In this document: positions 38,717 through 52,454 of the stretch, piece by piece | Numbering within the stretch: position 1 is the first letter of the stretch | Layout: each line of letters starts with the position of its first letter | DNA from: Octopus sinensis | Lineage: Eukaryota | Assembly: GCF_006345805.1 (NCBI RefSeq) | Contig: NC_043001.1 | Coordinates: 105,214,001-105,278,000 of the forward strand | DNA length: 64,000 nucleotides | Direction of reading: 5' to 3' | Notes under the pieces: generated by a model | Database searches by the model: none | The model's input: the letters and a program-made list of their open reading frames with translations, nothing else | What the model was told of the DNA's origin: nothing | Position numbers and translations under genes: made by a program

Positions 38717-39163
38717 GGCGCAGGAGTGGCTGTGTGGTAAGTAGCTTGCTTACCGACCACATGTTTCCGGGTTCATTCCCACCGCGTTGTAACTTGGGCA
38801 AGTGTCTTCTACTAAAGCCTCGGGCAGACCAAAGCCTTGTGAATGGATTTGGTAGACGGAATCTGAAAGAAGCCCGTCGTATATATGTGCATATATATAT
38901 ATATATGCATGTATGTATGTATGTATGTATGTATGTGTGTGTATGTATATGTGTGTGTGTCTGTGTTTGTCCCTCCAACATTGTTTGAGAACCGATGCTG
39001 GTTTGTTTACGTCCCCGTAACTTCACGGTTCAGCAAAAGAGACCGATAGAATAAGTACTAGGCTTCCAAACAATATGTCCTAGGGTCGATTTGCTCGAGT
39101 AAAGTCGGTGCTCCAGCATGGCCGCAGTCAAATGACTGAAACAAGTAAGAGAGTAAAAGAGTA
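38717..39163 (+). mobile_element. SINE family A, full length (tRNA head, CORE-like cttgggcaagt, internal microsatellite)
   Basis: A box tggctgtgtgg, B box ggttcattccc, tail (gagtaaaa)n. Confidence 0.9.
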
Positions 39164-39339
39164 TAGTCGCAGGTAAACAAATATTCTCGATCCATCTACA
39201 CATGGTCCAGTGGATAACCCAAGATATCAAACGCGGAAAAGGAGGGAGAACGAAGGAGAGAGAGAGAGGGGGAGGGAAAGAGAAAGAGAGTGTGAGAGGG
39301 AGAAAGACGCATTAGCATTTTGGTTTTACTTTATTTAAG

Positions 39340-39797
39340 TACCCCGATATTTCGTTTTCTAATTTCTGCACAAGTCCAGCAATATAGGGTGAAGGGTCAA
39401 GTCGATTATATCGACCCCATTACTCAACTGGTACTTATTTTATCTTCGCCGAAAGGATGAAAGGCAAAGTCGACCATAGTAGAATTTGAACTCAGTACAT
39501 AAAGCCGGAGAAATTCCGTTAAGCATTTTGTCCGGCATGCCAACGATTTTGCAAGCTCCCCCCCTTACAACCCCGAAATTTCGATTTCAAATTTTTGCAT
39601 AGGCCCCAGAAATTCCAGGGAAGAGACCAAGTCGAATAAATCGACCCGAATGCTCAACTTGTGCTTATTTCATTGACTTCTGAGGATAAAAGGGTAATTT
39701 GACCACAGCAGAATTTGAACTCAGAACGTAAAGCCAGGCCGAATGCTGCTAAGCATTTTACCCGGCGTGTTAACGATTCTGCCAGCGCGCTGCCTTA
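39340..39797 (-). mobile_element. two SINE family B copies in tandem
   Basis: Core and head motifs at about 39340-39560 and 39585-39797. Confidence 0.8.
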
Positions 39798-40487
39798 GTC
39801 GACCCTAAACAGCCAAGTTGGCTTAGCTGGAATTTGAATTTCGACAAAGGGAAACTGAGATACGTGGTCCTAAACACTCTGTTTAACGATCTAATGACAT
39901 TTTCACTTCATTATCTTATCCAACAAAAATACTAGATTCTTCATGCAAACACGCAAGGAAATGTTATCGCTGATAATCATATAACAAAATCATTACAAAA
40001 CTAATTTAATACAACTGATTATCTTTTATTTAAACAGGCAACAAAGTTTGCATTATGCTCTGCTATTATTTTCAGAATCACGAAGCATTTAATTCCTTAA
40101 ACATAGGAGTCACTACACACAGAAACACATACCGAGCATAATAAATAGTGTCCAGCAATTCATTGTTCAACCATATTTAACACTGGGTCAACACTGAACT
40201 AAACAGACATAAGATCAAATGCGGTTCTCTCATGAATATCCATTCCTCATTAACGAAATTATACATCCGGTTTTCTTAAGGAGTCATTCTGTTTGTCAGT
40301 CTGAATGACAGTATGTCTGTTTCTTCGCTCTTTCGGTCTCTGAAACCGTGTTGCAGGGCCTCTTCAAGCTGACAAGATTTCACCTTATGCGCCAATCTAA
40401 ATCTATTACAAAATCATTTTCTCTTATTATTTTTATCCTATCCCACGGTTTTTCAACATTTAGAAAACTTTCCTACAAAACATTTGT

Positions 40488-40980
40488 ATTGGGTCAGCCC
40501 ATAAATAATGCATTTTTGATACTTCTTTTATTTTTCAAAATTAAGATAAAGTTCTTGATCAACATAAAATATACTCTTCTTCATTTTCTACACTGCTCTT
40601 CCATCTATCCAGTAGACTTGCAAGGTCCCTCTTCCAAAATTCACTTGTCCGTGACGAAAAATACTCCTCCAGTACTGTTCTGAACTCGTCTACAGAATTC
40701 TTATTTTTTTCCGTCCAAATGATTTTGAAGACTGGGGAATAAATGATAATGAAATGGCGCAATGGTCATTGAATATGTTGGGTGGGGCATCATTTCCCAT
40801 TCAAACTGCCTCATCCCCGGGAATCTTATCTTCGCTGTATGTGGCCGATCATTTTCCTGATGGAAGAACACATTTCGTCTTAAAACCAAAGATGGTCATT
40901 TTTTGATGGCATGCCGGTGTCGATGAATGGTTGAACGACCGACTCCAAGCTTCCCTTCTGGTTCCTCAACAGTTACGATG
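40488..40980 (-). mobile_element. internally deleted mariner, 3' end with TIR
   Basis: TVEE.EGKLGVGRSTIHRH joined to FFHQENDRPH..HPTYSMTIAPFHYHLFPSLQNHL; TIR tattgggtcagcccataaataatgc at 40488. Confidence 0.85.
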
Positions 40981-41220
40981 TCTCAACCTACAAACAGCCC
41001 AGACCTTGCCCAATCAGATTATCACCTTTTCAGAGCCATGTCTCACTTCCTGCACAGACAGATATTCACCAATGTGGATGTAACTGAAAACAGGTGTGGG
41101 GAGATATGATTGCTTTTTCACCGGCGAAATGGTTTTAATGCAGAATTCAGCTTCTGGTACACCGACAACAGCAGATAATAAAATACAAAGAGATATATTT
41201 CGATGACTAAACAAGTAGCA
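40975..41220 (+). mobile_element. mariner C-terminal fragment, different family and opposite strand
   Basis: PTNSPDLAQSDYHLFRAMSHFL (YSPDLAPSD motif). Confidence 0.75.
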
Positions 41221-41547
41221 CGGGTCACATGTTTCAAAATATATTGTTATAATTCATGTAGTTTTAAACATTGTTATACCTGATGCGACGTATATATATT
41301 TTGTTCTTATTATTTCATTTGTCTTTCACTTAACTTCTTGAAGGATGGTTCTGAAGGAGAATAAACTTGAAGGATTCGCAAACAGTATATTAACTGATTA
41401 TGTGGGCGGTGTTCGATGCAATTATCGATTATCGATTATTGAATCATTCGTAATGAAGTATAAATAGAATCAATTTGTTTACTGTTTGTTATTTTAAGCA
41501 ACACACAAACACATACACACACACAAGCATGCACACACAACCACACA

Positions 41548-41725
41548 TGACTGCGGCCATGCTGGAGCACCGCCTTTAGACAAGCAAATGGACGCCAGGA
41601 CTTATTCTTTGTAAGCCTAGTACTTATTTTGTCGGTCTCTTGTGCCGAACCGCTAATTTATGGGTACGCAAACACACCAGCATCGGTTCTCAAGCGATGT
41701 TGGAGGGGGGAACACAGTCACACAA

Positions 41726-41763
<38 letters not shown>

Positions 41764-41774
41764 GCATATATACC

Positions 41775-41811
<37 letters not shown>

Positions 41812-41951
41812 GACGATCTTCCAAATCCAATCACAAAGCTTTAGTCGGCTCAAAGCTATGGGAGAAGACACTTGTCCAAGGTGCCACGCCATGGGACTGA
41901 ACCCGGAACCATGTGGTTTCTAAGCAAGCCATTTACCACGCGGCCACTCCT
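41548..41951 (-). mobile_element. SINE family A, near full length
   Basis: Reverse complement of 38717-39163. Confidence 0.85.
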
Positions 41952-43825
41952 ATATACTCACGCACACACATATAATCACACTCATATATATTTAGCCACA
42001 CACATATATATATATACATTCTCCCACATATGAATACATGTTTGTAGTTCGAACAGGAGGATTCAGTTTTAGATGAAATAAGGAAACTTCTAATTTACAA
42101 AGACTGAAAACGGTAAATCTGACTACTGTGTACTTTCACTTCTGTCACACTTTTTACGTCGTTCTTTGGCTATAGAAAATAACGCTTGTCCAAGAGCCGC
42201 ACAACGGCACGCGCGTCTGTGGGTGCGTGTATGTGTGTCTATGTGTGTGTATTATGGAATTGGAGACATGATAGTGAAAACATTTTCTGGAGTATTATGA
42301 ACTAAGAAGATGTATGGATGACATTAAATTTGATTTGATCATTTGTCTGAATTTCTGTGTATTCTGCCATGAATAGTACATAATTTCCTGGTGACAAAAC
42401 AGATATGGTTTTATTTCAAGCAGATCTTAAAGAAATGAATGCAAATAATATTAGATCCTTTTCCTCTTCGTACGTATCGCCCTCGCATAAAACTACTATT
42501 GATGTTTTAATTATTTGACATGTTATACGTTTTCATGTAGGGTTCTCCAAATTAAGTTCATACGATAACACAAGTGATAAGTATATAACCTCTCTCGATA
42601 TTATAAAAATCAAATCTAGCATTATCAGTACAGACCTCCATTCGGAAAAGGAAGTTAAGAAATACCTAAACGTACTTTGTACAAAGATTGGAGATTGTGG
42701 CACTTTTAACATAATTGCATTAGTGTGTATTTAGGTCAAACATTCAAAGGGCTTACATGCAGAAGTTCATGGAGTACAGATTAACTAAAGTCGTTTTAAT
42801 AGTGTCGATTATATCAACACCAGTAATTGTATTAGTATCAGTTTTATGGAAGGTGGAATTGATAAAATCGATGTCGGATGTTTCAACATGAGTATTATCG
42901 AAATAGTAGCATCATTCGGAAATTGCAGGAAAGAAATATTTGCCTGAACTTTGATTTTATCTTGTTGACTTTTAATTACGTTTTCAGTTCACACTCCGTC
43001 ATAAATTTAATGAGTTATGAAAAAAAACAAACAAACAAACAAAAAAATCAAAAAGCAAAACCAAAATTATTTCATTTTTCAACAAATATTTATAAATTGT
43101 GCCTGTTTAATATTTTATTAAATTCAAATTGTGCTTTATTTTTTATAGTTCTTTATCGAATTGCATATATATGTATATACACCGAGCATGGTTTAATTAT
43201 CTGTGTCAGAATCATCCGAAAAATTATTTCATATCAGGAATTTTTATTCTGTGACTTGTGAATAATAAATCGAAAAATCATTGGTTGTTACATGACATGA
43301 AGCGTAATAGTTTCCTTGCTTAAACATTGGTAGCCGCAATCAAAATGCGGCATTCGTTTGGTTTACTTAAAATGTTGATTTTGAATAATCCCCTTGAAAC
43401 CGTTACAAGAAACTTTAGTGCGTATGTGTTCATATATAATAATCTAGTCGAATATTAGATGATATCTCTCCTTAGAGGATGTGAAATTAACCTGGCTTGA
43501 ACTGTAGCTGCAAAGATATTGTATGCATAAAACTTCCGGATTAATATTCAAACCCTCAAATCGCTACAGTGTTAATCAAATACATCAGCTCTATCATCGA
43601 ATATGGCTTATTAATTAAATTACTAAATCAACAATCGTACTGCATGCTATTTCTTACTATACAATAGTAAGAAAAATATGAACAATATACGGAGATTTTA
43701 AATCTGAATATAACCTTTGTTCCTGCCAAGATATTTAAGCTAACCTGTCAGCCATACTTCATAGACGTAAGTATCTAGATCTGACGCCAAAACCTGCATT
43801 TTCAGGTAAACGGATTGCTAGTTCA

Positions 43826-44229
43826 TTAACCCATTCGTGCCGAAATTTCTTTAGTGAATGAAATTGCCTGAAAATTCAGAGATACTATTATTGTGGCTTA
43901 AATAACAACTGAAAAAAAAATTCATTGAAATTCGTTTGATATTTCCTGAAATAGTCACTGTCAGTTATAATGGACATTAGGTACTGTGCATATGAACCAG
44001 AATTAATATCAAAATCAATGGCTTACCATTTACTGTGCGTTCTGCTTGTACTCCCCATGTTGCTCAAATTATGGCGCAAGCGTTTGTTCAAACAGACTGC
44101 ATAGGCGATAAGAACATGCTTCATTCTTTGATACAGATCATACACAAATCACAATTTGTATCAAGTATTTGTTATATAGCCTTACAAATTAAGTGTCGTT
44201 GAAACGGACGGCCGGAATAAATGGGTTAA
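43826..44229. mobile_element. possible piggyBac-type MITE
   Basis: TTAA-cccattcgtgccg ... cggaataaatggg-TTAA; TIR match 10/13. Confidence 0.5.
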
Positions 44230-46269
44230 TGAATAAATCAAGATAAACTGCCGCGAAAGCTCTTGCGCGCCCGCTAGAGGACACAAATATTTCCAGCAAA
44301 GTCGACTTATTATCAAATATTTAGTATCTCTCCAGGCTGAAGATATTTGATCCAAAATGCGCCCACTGCAGTGCAGGCATCAATTTAAAAAAGTGATAAA
44401 AAGTGAACGACAAAAGCGAATTGAGGTCTTAAAATATTATAGAGAAACATAGAAACAAAACCCATTCCATTGTTAATATTTCCCTCAAAATTGATAGAGG
44501 AAGTAATCCGTTATGAAGTGCAACAATGTGTGAACAATCATAAAGTCAAAACACTGAGAATAGTATATTGGGAAGAGCGACATCGTCAAAAGAGTTTCTC
44601 TAAAAGACGTTTAGTTGTTCATAAATATTTTTATAATGTATTCCATTACTCATCCAACTAACGCGTGGTAAGGGTATTGGTCTAGACAGATCTCATTTTA
44701 TTTTGTCAGAGAGGTAAATATGGATTTGCTACGAAGATCGCTTTGTGGGAAGAGGTATGTTTATGATTGTCCTCTGAAAATTAACTAACCAGTCATGAAT
44801 TATATCAGAATAATCTCCTGGCTTTTCTGTGTGGGGAGAGTACAGGAAGATGTTTTTGGCAAGTTAGACTTGGCAAACTACAACATTCACACACACGCAC
44901 ACATTTATATGCATGCGAATACATTTATATACACACACATACACACACATCTATGTACGCATATTCGATAATCTCATTTCGCTACTACTTATTTGCACAC
45001 AACCTCTTTCCTATTCACGGACACAGGAATCGACTCACGCATATACCATTTACTTTCACACACACGAATACAGGCGCTCTACCGACTTCAACACGTTATA
45101 CATTTGCAATGCCGTAATGAGTCTCCATTGTACGGCTTTAGAAATCTTTGGTTAAATGAAAATACAAGATTTTCATTATTTTCCTTCAATTTCGTTGTCA
45201 AAGTAATAAAGACATCTGAACAATATATTCTCTCGTATGAATTCCCCATGTATAACAGTCATGTAAAAGCCAGTGGCATATTAACAATCCCTCTTCTCTA
45301 TAACTACTAATGACTCCAAGACAATTCAATGAGAACAGAATAGTCTCCTCTTCATATCTCATTTCGAATTGAAATTATTATTAAAGATATTTGATTAAAT
45401 CAGTTTGAATGAAGAATACCTCAATTAATATTTGTTAGAACTATATCTCTCTAACCAATGAAGACGTTCGCATTGTATAAGTCTTGTTTTCGAATATCGG
45501 CATTTCTCTTTTGTGATGAGAAAGCATAGAAGAGAAAGGAAAAACATAAAGGAAGCTTCCATATATATATATATCCGGTGAATATTGCGTTGATTTTGAT
45601 ATTTCGGTAAGGAAAGTTTATGTGAAAATCTTACTTTCATTCTTTTCGAATCCCTTATTCCATTATGACACCCCTTCGTCTGTCCCTTCACAGAATAAAG
45701 ATTTAAGCCAGTCCCTTTATTACTTGCTTCTGAATGGAAATGATGATAAATTATGTTTCCATTTTCACCAAAAGAGGATTCTCAGCAGCGAGGATATTAC
45801 GATTTTCGCTCTGTTGTGATATTCCTTCAATATTTTCTCCATATTTCCCCTCCTTTTCACATTAACATGAAGATGGAAGCTGAGAAAGATAAATATTATC
45901 AAAAAATGTCTATTAACTGATATTTCTTACCGATGTTTGTCATTTACCTATAACTATTATATTTTAATAAGACATGTATTAACATTAAACCTGTGATATT
46001 TATCTTTAACGATATTTTCAAATGTTATCATTTTCATAGTTAGTTCCTAATCATTTTCAGCGCATTCAATTAAATTCATATGACACACACTCTGTCTTAC
46101 AAACAGTTGGTTAATTAGATGTATAAAAATACAGAGAAGCAAGCAAAAGATAGATTAAGTGTTAATATAAAATCTTATACGTTGTCTTCTCGTAGAGATA
46201 TGAAATTATATATCTAACACGTAAAGTGTTATTCTTCTGGTGTGACTTAAGTATTATCTAATGTGAAGG

Positions 46270-46586
46270 TTCTTGTCTTAGTGGTTAGGGCATTCGGCTC
46301 GCGGTCGTAATATCGTGAGTTCAATTCTCGGCGACGCGTTGTGTCCTTGAGCAAGACACTTTATTTCCCGTTGCTCCAGTCCACTCAGCAGGAAAAAATG
46401 AGTAGCACCTGTATTTAAAGAGCTAGCCTTGTCACACTCTGTGTCACGTTGAATCTCCCTGAGAACTACGTTAAGGGTACCCGTGTCTGTGGAGTTCTCA
46501 GCCACTTGTACGTTAATTTCACCAGCAAGCTGTTCCGTTGTTCGTATCAGCTGGGACCCTCGTCGTCAAAACCGACAGAGTGCTCC
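46270..46586 (+). mobile_element. SINE family D (tRNA-derived)
   Basis: agtggttaggg head, B box gagttcaattc, central gtgtccttgagcaagacacttt..gctccagtccactcagc motif. Confidence 0.75.
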
Positions 46587-47749
46587 ATTATCTAACATAA
46601 CTTGTGAGGTGCCGCTGTTCTGAGGCTCACCGCTTCAAAACATCGTATACGAAAGAAGTTTTAACATATTATTAAACAATATAAAACATAAAACTGGCCT
46701 ATCACTAATTAAATTAATTTCATTTCAAATAACGTGAATATTTAATTAGTGAGGAGGATGTATTAGCCTTCTTCCTCGACAACCAAACTTTAATTATTAT
46801 GCAACGAAGCCGTTTAACTATAATTTCTATTTAGAAAACCAATTGTATTGTTGGGTATTTCAGGTAAATTATTGCATTTTTCAATTATGAGGCTTGAGCA
46901 GATGTCACACATAATCTGTAACTTTGCGCTGCCTCTATAGGTTTGCGTGCACAACGTTTCATTGCTGTTTATAAATAATAGAAAAAATATATAACAATGC
47001 AGTTTCTAATCTGATATATTTTGGTAGCAAAGTTTTACGGAATTGTCATTATGAAATATTAATTTGATATTTCTGATAACCAAGATAGGAAAATAATTTC
47101 AGTTTAATTTATTACCTAATTAAAAAATAAACTATTAACAATTTAATTTAATTAATTGCTTCTGCCATCCAATTTATTTTTAATAAATTTTCCAAAGCAA
47201 ATCTTTATCAATGCGGAATCTAATGGCATTTCTGACAGTAAACACCAATTATAATTTCTCCACTGTGAACGTTTCCTTAACGTAAAAAGAAGAACAAAAC
47301 AAAAAAAAATTGGATCATGTGATGGAATTAATTAAAGATTTTTTTCATTTACATGATTATGTCAAACGTACACGGAAATTATAAAGGGATTCATGGAATT
47401 TGTAACTACAGTTGACAGTACAGCTAAATTATCGCGCTTCTAATCAAAACAAGAGAAGCAATTTTGAAACCATCTCGATGAAATCTTCAACTTGTAATGT
47501 GTTTTTGAAACATTCCAAGTAAAATTTCGTTTTGCATCTCCCACACTAACTTTCAGAAGATCACATGTAATGATAAGTATGTTTTAAGTGGTGAAGCAAC
47601 GTTAAATGAGATGTGGTGCTGTTTGATAGGTTTTGTTGTATGGAGTCAAAGATGAAGGTTTGTTTGTTACCTGCGATATATATTTATGTTCATAAAATGG
47701 TTTGAAGCAATGAACAATCGAAGACAGCACATTTTAACTGAAATAACTT

Positions 47750-48090
47750 GGCGCATGCGTGGCTGCATAATGAGAAGCCTGCTTCTCAACCACATTGTTG
47801 TGAATTTAGTCCCATTGCCTGGCACCTTGGGCGTCTGACTTCTACTAGAAGGGACGACCAAAGATAGCAACTGAAAGGCAGTACTATATATATATATATG
47901 TTTGTGCGTGTATCCCCACTTGGCAATGGTGTTGGTTTGTTTACGTCCTAGTAACGTAGCAGTTCGGCATAAGACACCATTAGAATAAGTACCACACGTA
48001 AGGAAAGTAATTGTTGGTGTTGTTCCTTTCCGACCAAAACACATCACGGCGATAGCACAGCATGGCCGCAGTCCAATGATGGAAACGGAG
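47750..48090 (+). mobile_element. SINE family A, decayed
   Basis: Head, ggcaccttgggc, tail agcatggccgcagtcc. Confidence 0.75.
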
Positions 48091-48278
48091 AAAATATAGA
48101 GAACTAAAATAATTTATTTAAAGGAGGTGATAAAAAAATCAAATTAATAAAAAACACAAATGTATAAAAGAAGGAAGAGTGAATTCAGTGGTAAAATACT
48201 CTGAATCATGTTTCGAAACACTTTATGCGCAAGAGTAATATATCATATCTATAAAAGGCATGATGTGTGTGCGTGTGT

Positions 48279-48326
<48 letters not shown>

Positions 48327-48745
48327 TTGTAATTTATGCACATCCACAAATTAGCACGCATGTCGCTCAAATTTTAGGAAGACGTTCGTCAACATCCTAT
48401 CTGGGTTTTGTCAACTTATTTTTTTCCGGAGGCACCGCGGATAGGGTAAAAATCTATTTTCCACCATAATTTTTGACGGCATCCAACAAAAAAATTAAAT
48501 AAAGAGAATTGGAAGAAGGAGGCAGAGAGTTTCACGGGAAAGACAAAGTGACAGAGAGAGAGAGAGGGAGAGAGAGAGAGAGAGACTAAGTGACTACGTT
48601 CATAAAAAATAAAATGTAAAATGGTTTGTTTTTTTGTTTTTGAAAGACACTATATTTTATAATCATAGTATATATAGATTCTCACAGAACAATTACAATA
48701 TATTTATTTTAAATCATTTATTTATTTTAAACCGTTCATCTTTCT

Positions 48746-48787
<42 letters not shown>

Positions 48788-49204
48788 TTATTTTGGGTGC
48801 GAAAGAGTTTTGTTTTTATTTTACGCCGAGTAAAAAAGTGTGTTGTTGACAATCCATTTATTTAACTGCAAAGAAACAAAGAGCTGAGTAACAATTTGTC
48901 AGTGAAATACACAATATAAATGGGTACAATTTGCGAAGCTTCCACCACACACCACTCTGTTTCACGGACCACAAAAAGGGTCTTGTTGCCACAGAAGTTG
49001 ATTCCATGCAAAAAAACGAAATTTTTTTTCTTAGTGAAAATTGTGCGAGTGTTAATCTACAAATTTAACAACATTTTTCCATTCATTTCTGTTTATGAAC
49101 ATGTATGCATGCACAAAACATGCAATAGGTGTACGTACGTGTGTGTATGTGTGTTCGTGTCTGTTGCCCATATATATTTATATTATATTATATATATATA
49201 ATAT

Positions 49205-49331
49205 AACTAGTTTCAACGGATTTCGCCCAAATTTGACGTCTATATAACTTAGTTTGGTTTGAAATAAAGAACTTGATTAGCTTAATAATCGTAACTTAAT
49301 CCCGGGCAAGGCCGGGTTATACTGCTACTAG
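49205..49331 (+). mobile_element. possible Helitron-like 3' terminus
   Basis: GC hairpin cccgg-gcaagg-ccggg (49301-49316) 11 nt before CTAG (49328-49331). Confidence 0.45.
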
Positions 49332-49408
49332 GTACTATTCCTCATCTGTTAAATATAAAACAGTAACATATGGGGTTTGTGATTACAGAAGTATTCTTTT
49401 ATTATTCT

Positions 49409-49585
49409 ATTTGTTTCAGCCAATTGACTGTGGTCATGCTGGAACACTGCCATTAGTCGAATAAAATAATTCCAGGACTTAGTCTTTGTAAACCTTGTAC
49501 TTACTTTATCGCTAGGTTACGGACACGCAAACACACCAACATCGGTTGTCTAGCGATGGAGGTGGGGCCCAAACACAGACACACA
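49409..49585 (-). mobile_element. SINE family A, 3' part
   Basis: Reverse complement of family tail. Confidence 0.75.
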
Positions 49586-49644
49586 AATTCATACATACAT
49601 ACGCCCTATATATATATATATTATATATATTATATGTATAGGAC

Positions 49645-49692
<48 letters not shown>

Positions 49693-50649
49693 GCGTGTGT
49701 GTGTGTGTGAGTGTGTCTGTGTGTAGTGTCTGTGTTTCTGTCACCCCTTTTGCTTACAAGGCATCTGTCGGTATAAATTAATATCGAAATCTGCACAAAA
49801 TACCACACTAGTAGACCTAACTTACAATCACATGTTTGCAGAAGAAACATCTTAATCATGTCGACTTGCTTGCAGCGAGCCTTTTCACAATCGAAATTTA
49901 AAGTTTAATTAATTTCCCTTTACACAAATGTGGCATGGACCTTTTCTTCCTTCTATTTGCTATATACAACCAGATTTATACGACCATCCCAAATATATGC
50001 GACAATCTAATAGGAAAATAGGTTGCCAACCGTTGCTGAAAATGAATTAATTCCGTTCATAAGATATGGGCAAATATCGCATGGCTTGCTAAAAGCTGTA
50101 TAAGGCTACAAATAGCGACTGCATAATGCAACTCAATATGCATAGATACATACATGCACACACATACGTACATATACACACATACGCACCCACTCGAACA
50201 CACGCACATACACATAAAAGTGCACACATGGTTCTTGTCTTCTGCAATTTTATTTTTGTATTTTCTATACATATGTGTGTAGAATTTTCCTCGGTCTGGC
50301 TGTTTTTCGCTCTCCACAAAACAGACAGTTGCATTGTGGAACAGTCATTTTAACGATTTGTTTTTTATTTATTTATCATCCACCGAGATACGTGTGCGAC
50401 ACCGGATACTTCTGAACTATTGAAAAGGTTGCAAGATGCAACGACAGTTTTTTGAAAATAAAAATAAAAAGTAAGTGGAAATTTTATCGGTGAGTGTGTT
50501 ACATTCATTATAAGGCACAAAAAGAAAATGACTCTCCCCAGACACAACAGAATATGCTTCAACACACGAACTCATATAAAGAATCTCGCAAACCAAATCC
50601 CAAAGCGAAATATATATATATACGTATATATATACATATACGTATATAT

Positions 50650-50688
<39 letters not shown>

Positions 50689-50691
<3 letters not shown>

Positions 50692-50828
50692 TTCTGACTA
50701 CAACAATGCCGTGTGTCCCTATGTGATATTCCACAGACATTAGAAGATAGGTGTATCAAAGAACAATCACCTTTTCAGAAAACTATCCCCTACTAAAGAC
50801 TTTTCTGAATGAGTGTAACATAGTTCCC

Positions 50829-50884
<56 letters not shown>

Positions 50885-51055
50885 GGGAACTATGTTTAGC
50901 CTAGTTCTAGCCTTATCAAAATCTGTTACACTCATTCAGAAAAGTCTTTAGTAGGGGATAGTTTTCTGAAAAGGTGATTGTTCTTTGATACACCTATCTT
51001 CTAATGTCTGTGGAATATCACATAGGGACACACGGCATTGTTGTAGTAGGAATCT
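50689..51055. repeat. inverted duplication centred on a (TA)24 array
   Basis: Left arm 50689-50832 is the reverse complement of 50881-51055, apart from a 31-nt gap and 2 mismatches. Confidence 0.9.
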
Positions 51056-51694
51056 GCATTAAACTTAGGTTTCTGATGCTTAGAGAAGAATGAAGTTTTC
51101 CCATGAACGAGGCAATTTTCCCGTCATTCATCACAACATAACAATGAGAATTTTTGAAAATATAGAAACAAGATCGCCAATTGTGTAGAAATAAATTTAA
51201 TATATTCTTTTCGTATCTACATCGATGTATAGGAAATATGGACATCAAGTTGTGTACTCTACTATTGCTATTTCGGTTATCTCTAATATCAATAATTCCA
51301 CCATCAGAAAGAAACCATAACAATACCGAGAGCAACCATAAATATTTATATAATGTAGATGGGTGCTAGACATATAGTTATAGATAAAATTCATTTTTAA
51401 ACTACTTATATTAACTGTAATATATTCATATTTGCCATAATCTGTTATATTTAAGCTTGGACATGCAACGGAATGAAATGCCAGTGAACAGGCCAACTAT
51501 ACAACTTGAAAATCTTTTATGATGTAATGGCGAGCTAATTTAAAAGATTCACAGTAGATACGTCCTTCTAATCGGGCAGGCGATGTACTAACAATTTTCC
51601 CGTCCTACTCGTCTATATTATTATTAATATATAATGCCATTAATAATAGATAGACTCAAATCATCATTCCTAAATTAATAATTTCTTTGTCTAA

Positions 51695-52080
51695 GGCGGC
51701 GAGCTGGCAGAATCGTTAGCACGCCGGGTGAAATACTTGGCGGTATTTCTTCTGCCGTTACGTTGTGAGTTCAAATTCCGCCGAGGTCGACTTTGCCTTC
51801 AATCCTTTCGGGGTCGATAAATTAAGCACCAGTTACGCAATGGGGTCGATATAATCGACTTAATCCGTTTGTCTGTCCTTCTTTGTCCTCTCTGTGTTTA
51901 GCCCCTTGTGGGTAGTAAAGAAATAGGTATTTCGTCAGTCGCTACGTTCTTAGTTCAAATTACGCCGAGGTTGTTTTTACCTTTAGTCCATTTGGGGTTC
52001 ATAAATTAAGCGCCAGTTGTGTACTGGGGTCGATCTAATCGACTGACCCCCTCCTCGAAAATATGCCTAGAATAGAAAAG
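51695..52080 (+). mobile_element. SINE family B dimer (type-1 unit plus headless type-2 unit)
   Basis: Second unit starts ggtattt at 51926, directly after aaagaaata. Confidence 0.9.
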
Positions 52081-52454
52081 TATAATTTATTATTGTTGCT
52101 ATTTACGTTCAGTGATAATGTTTTCAGTGTCTAACGGTTGTTACTTCGCGTATTGGTTAAGACACCAACAAATTTTATTGCAGACGTGGTGTTCGAATAT
52201 TGCTTGTCATGCTACGAGATTTTGTCACATTATTTATCTATATTAGTAATCTTATAATAGTAATTTCTGAGAAACTTCCAAAGAAAAAAAAACATTCGGT
52301 GTGAGCGTTGGTCGATTAAATAATTGTTTGTAGAGTATTCTAAATTATCGCTTCTATGACGTTGAAGAACTAACTTGTTCTCGATCAACTTTTGAATCCA
52401 TAACGAAATATATCCGGAAGGAGCTAATATTCACTTCATAGTTTGAAACAAAAT

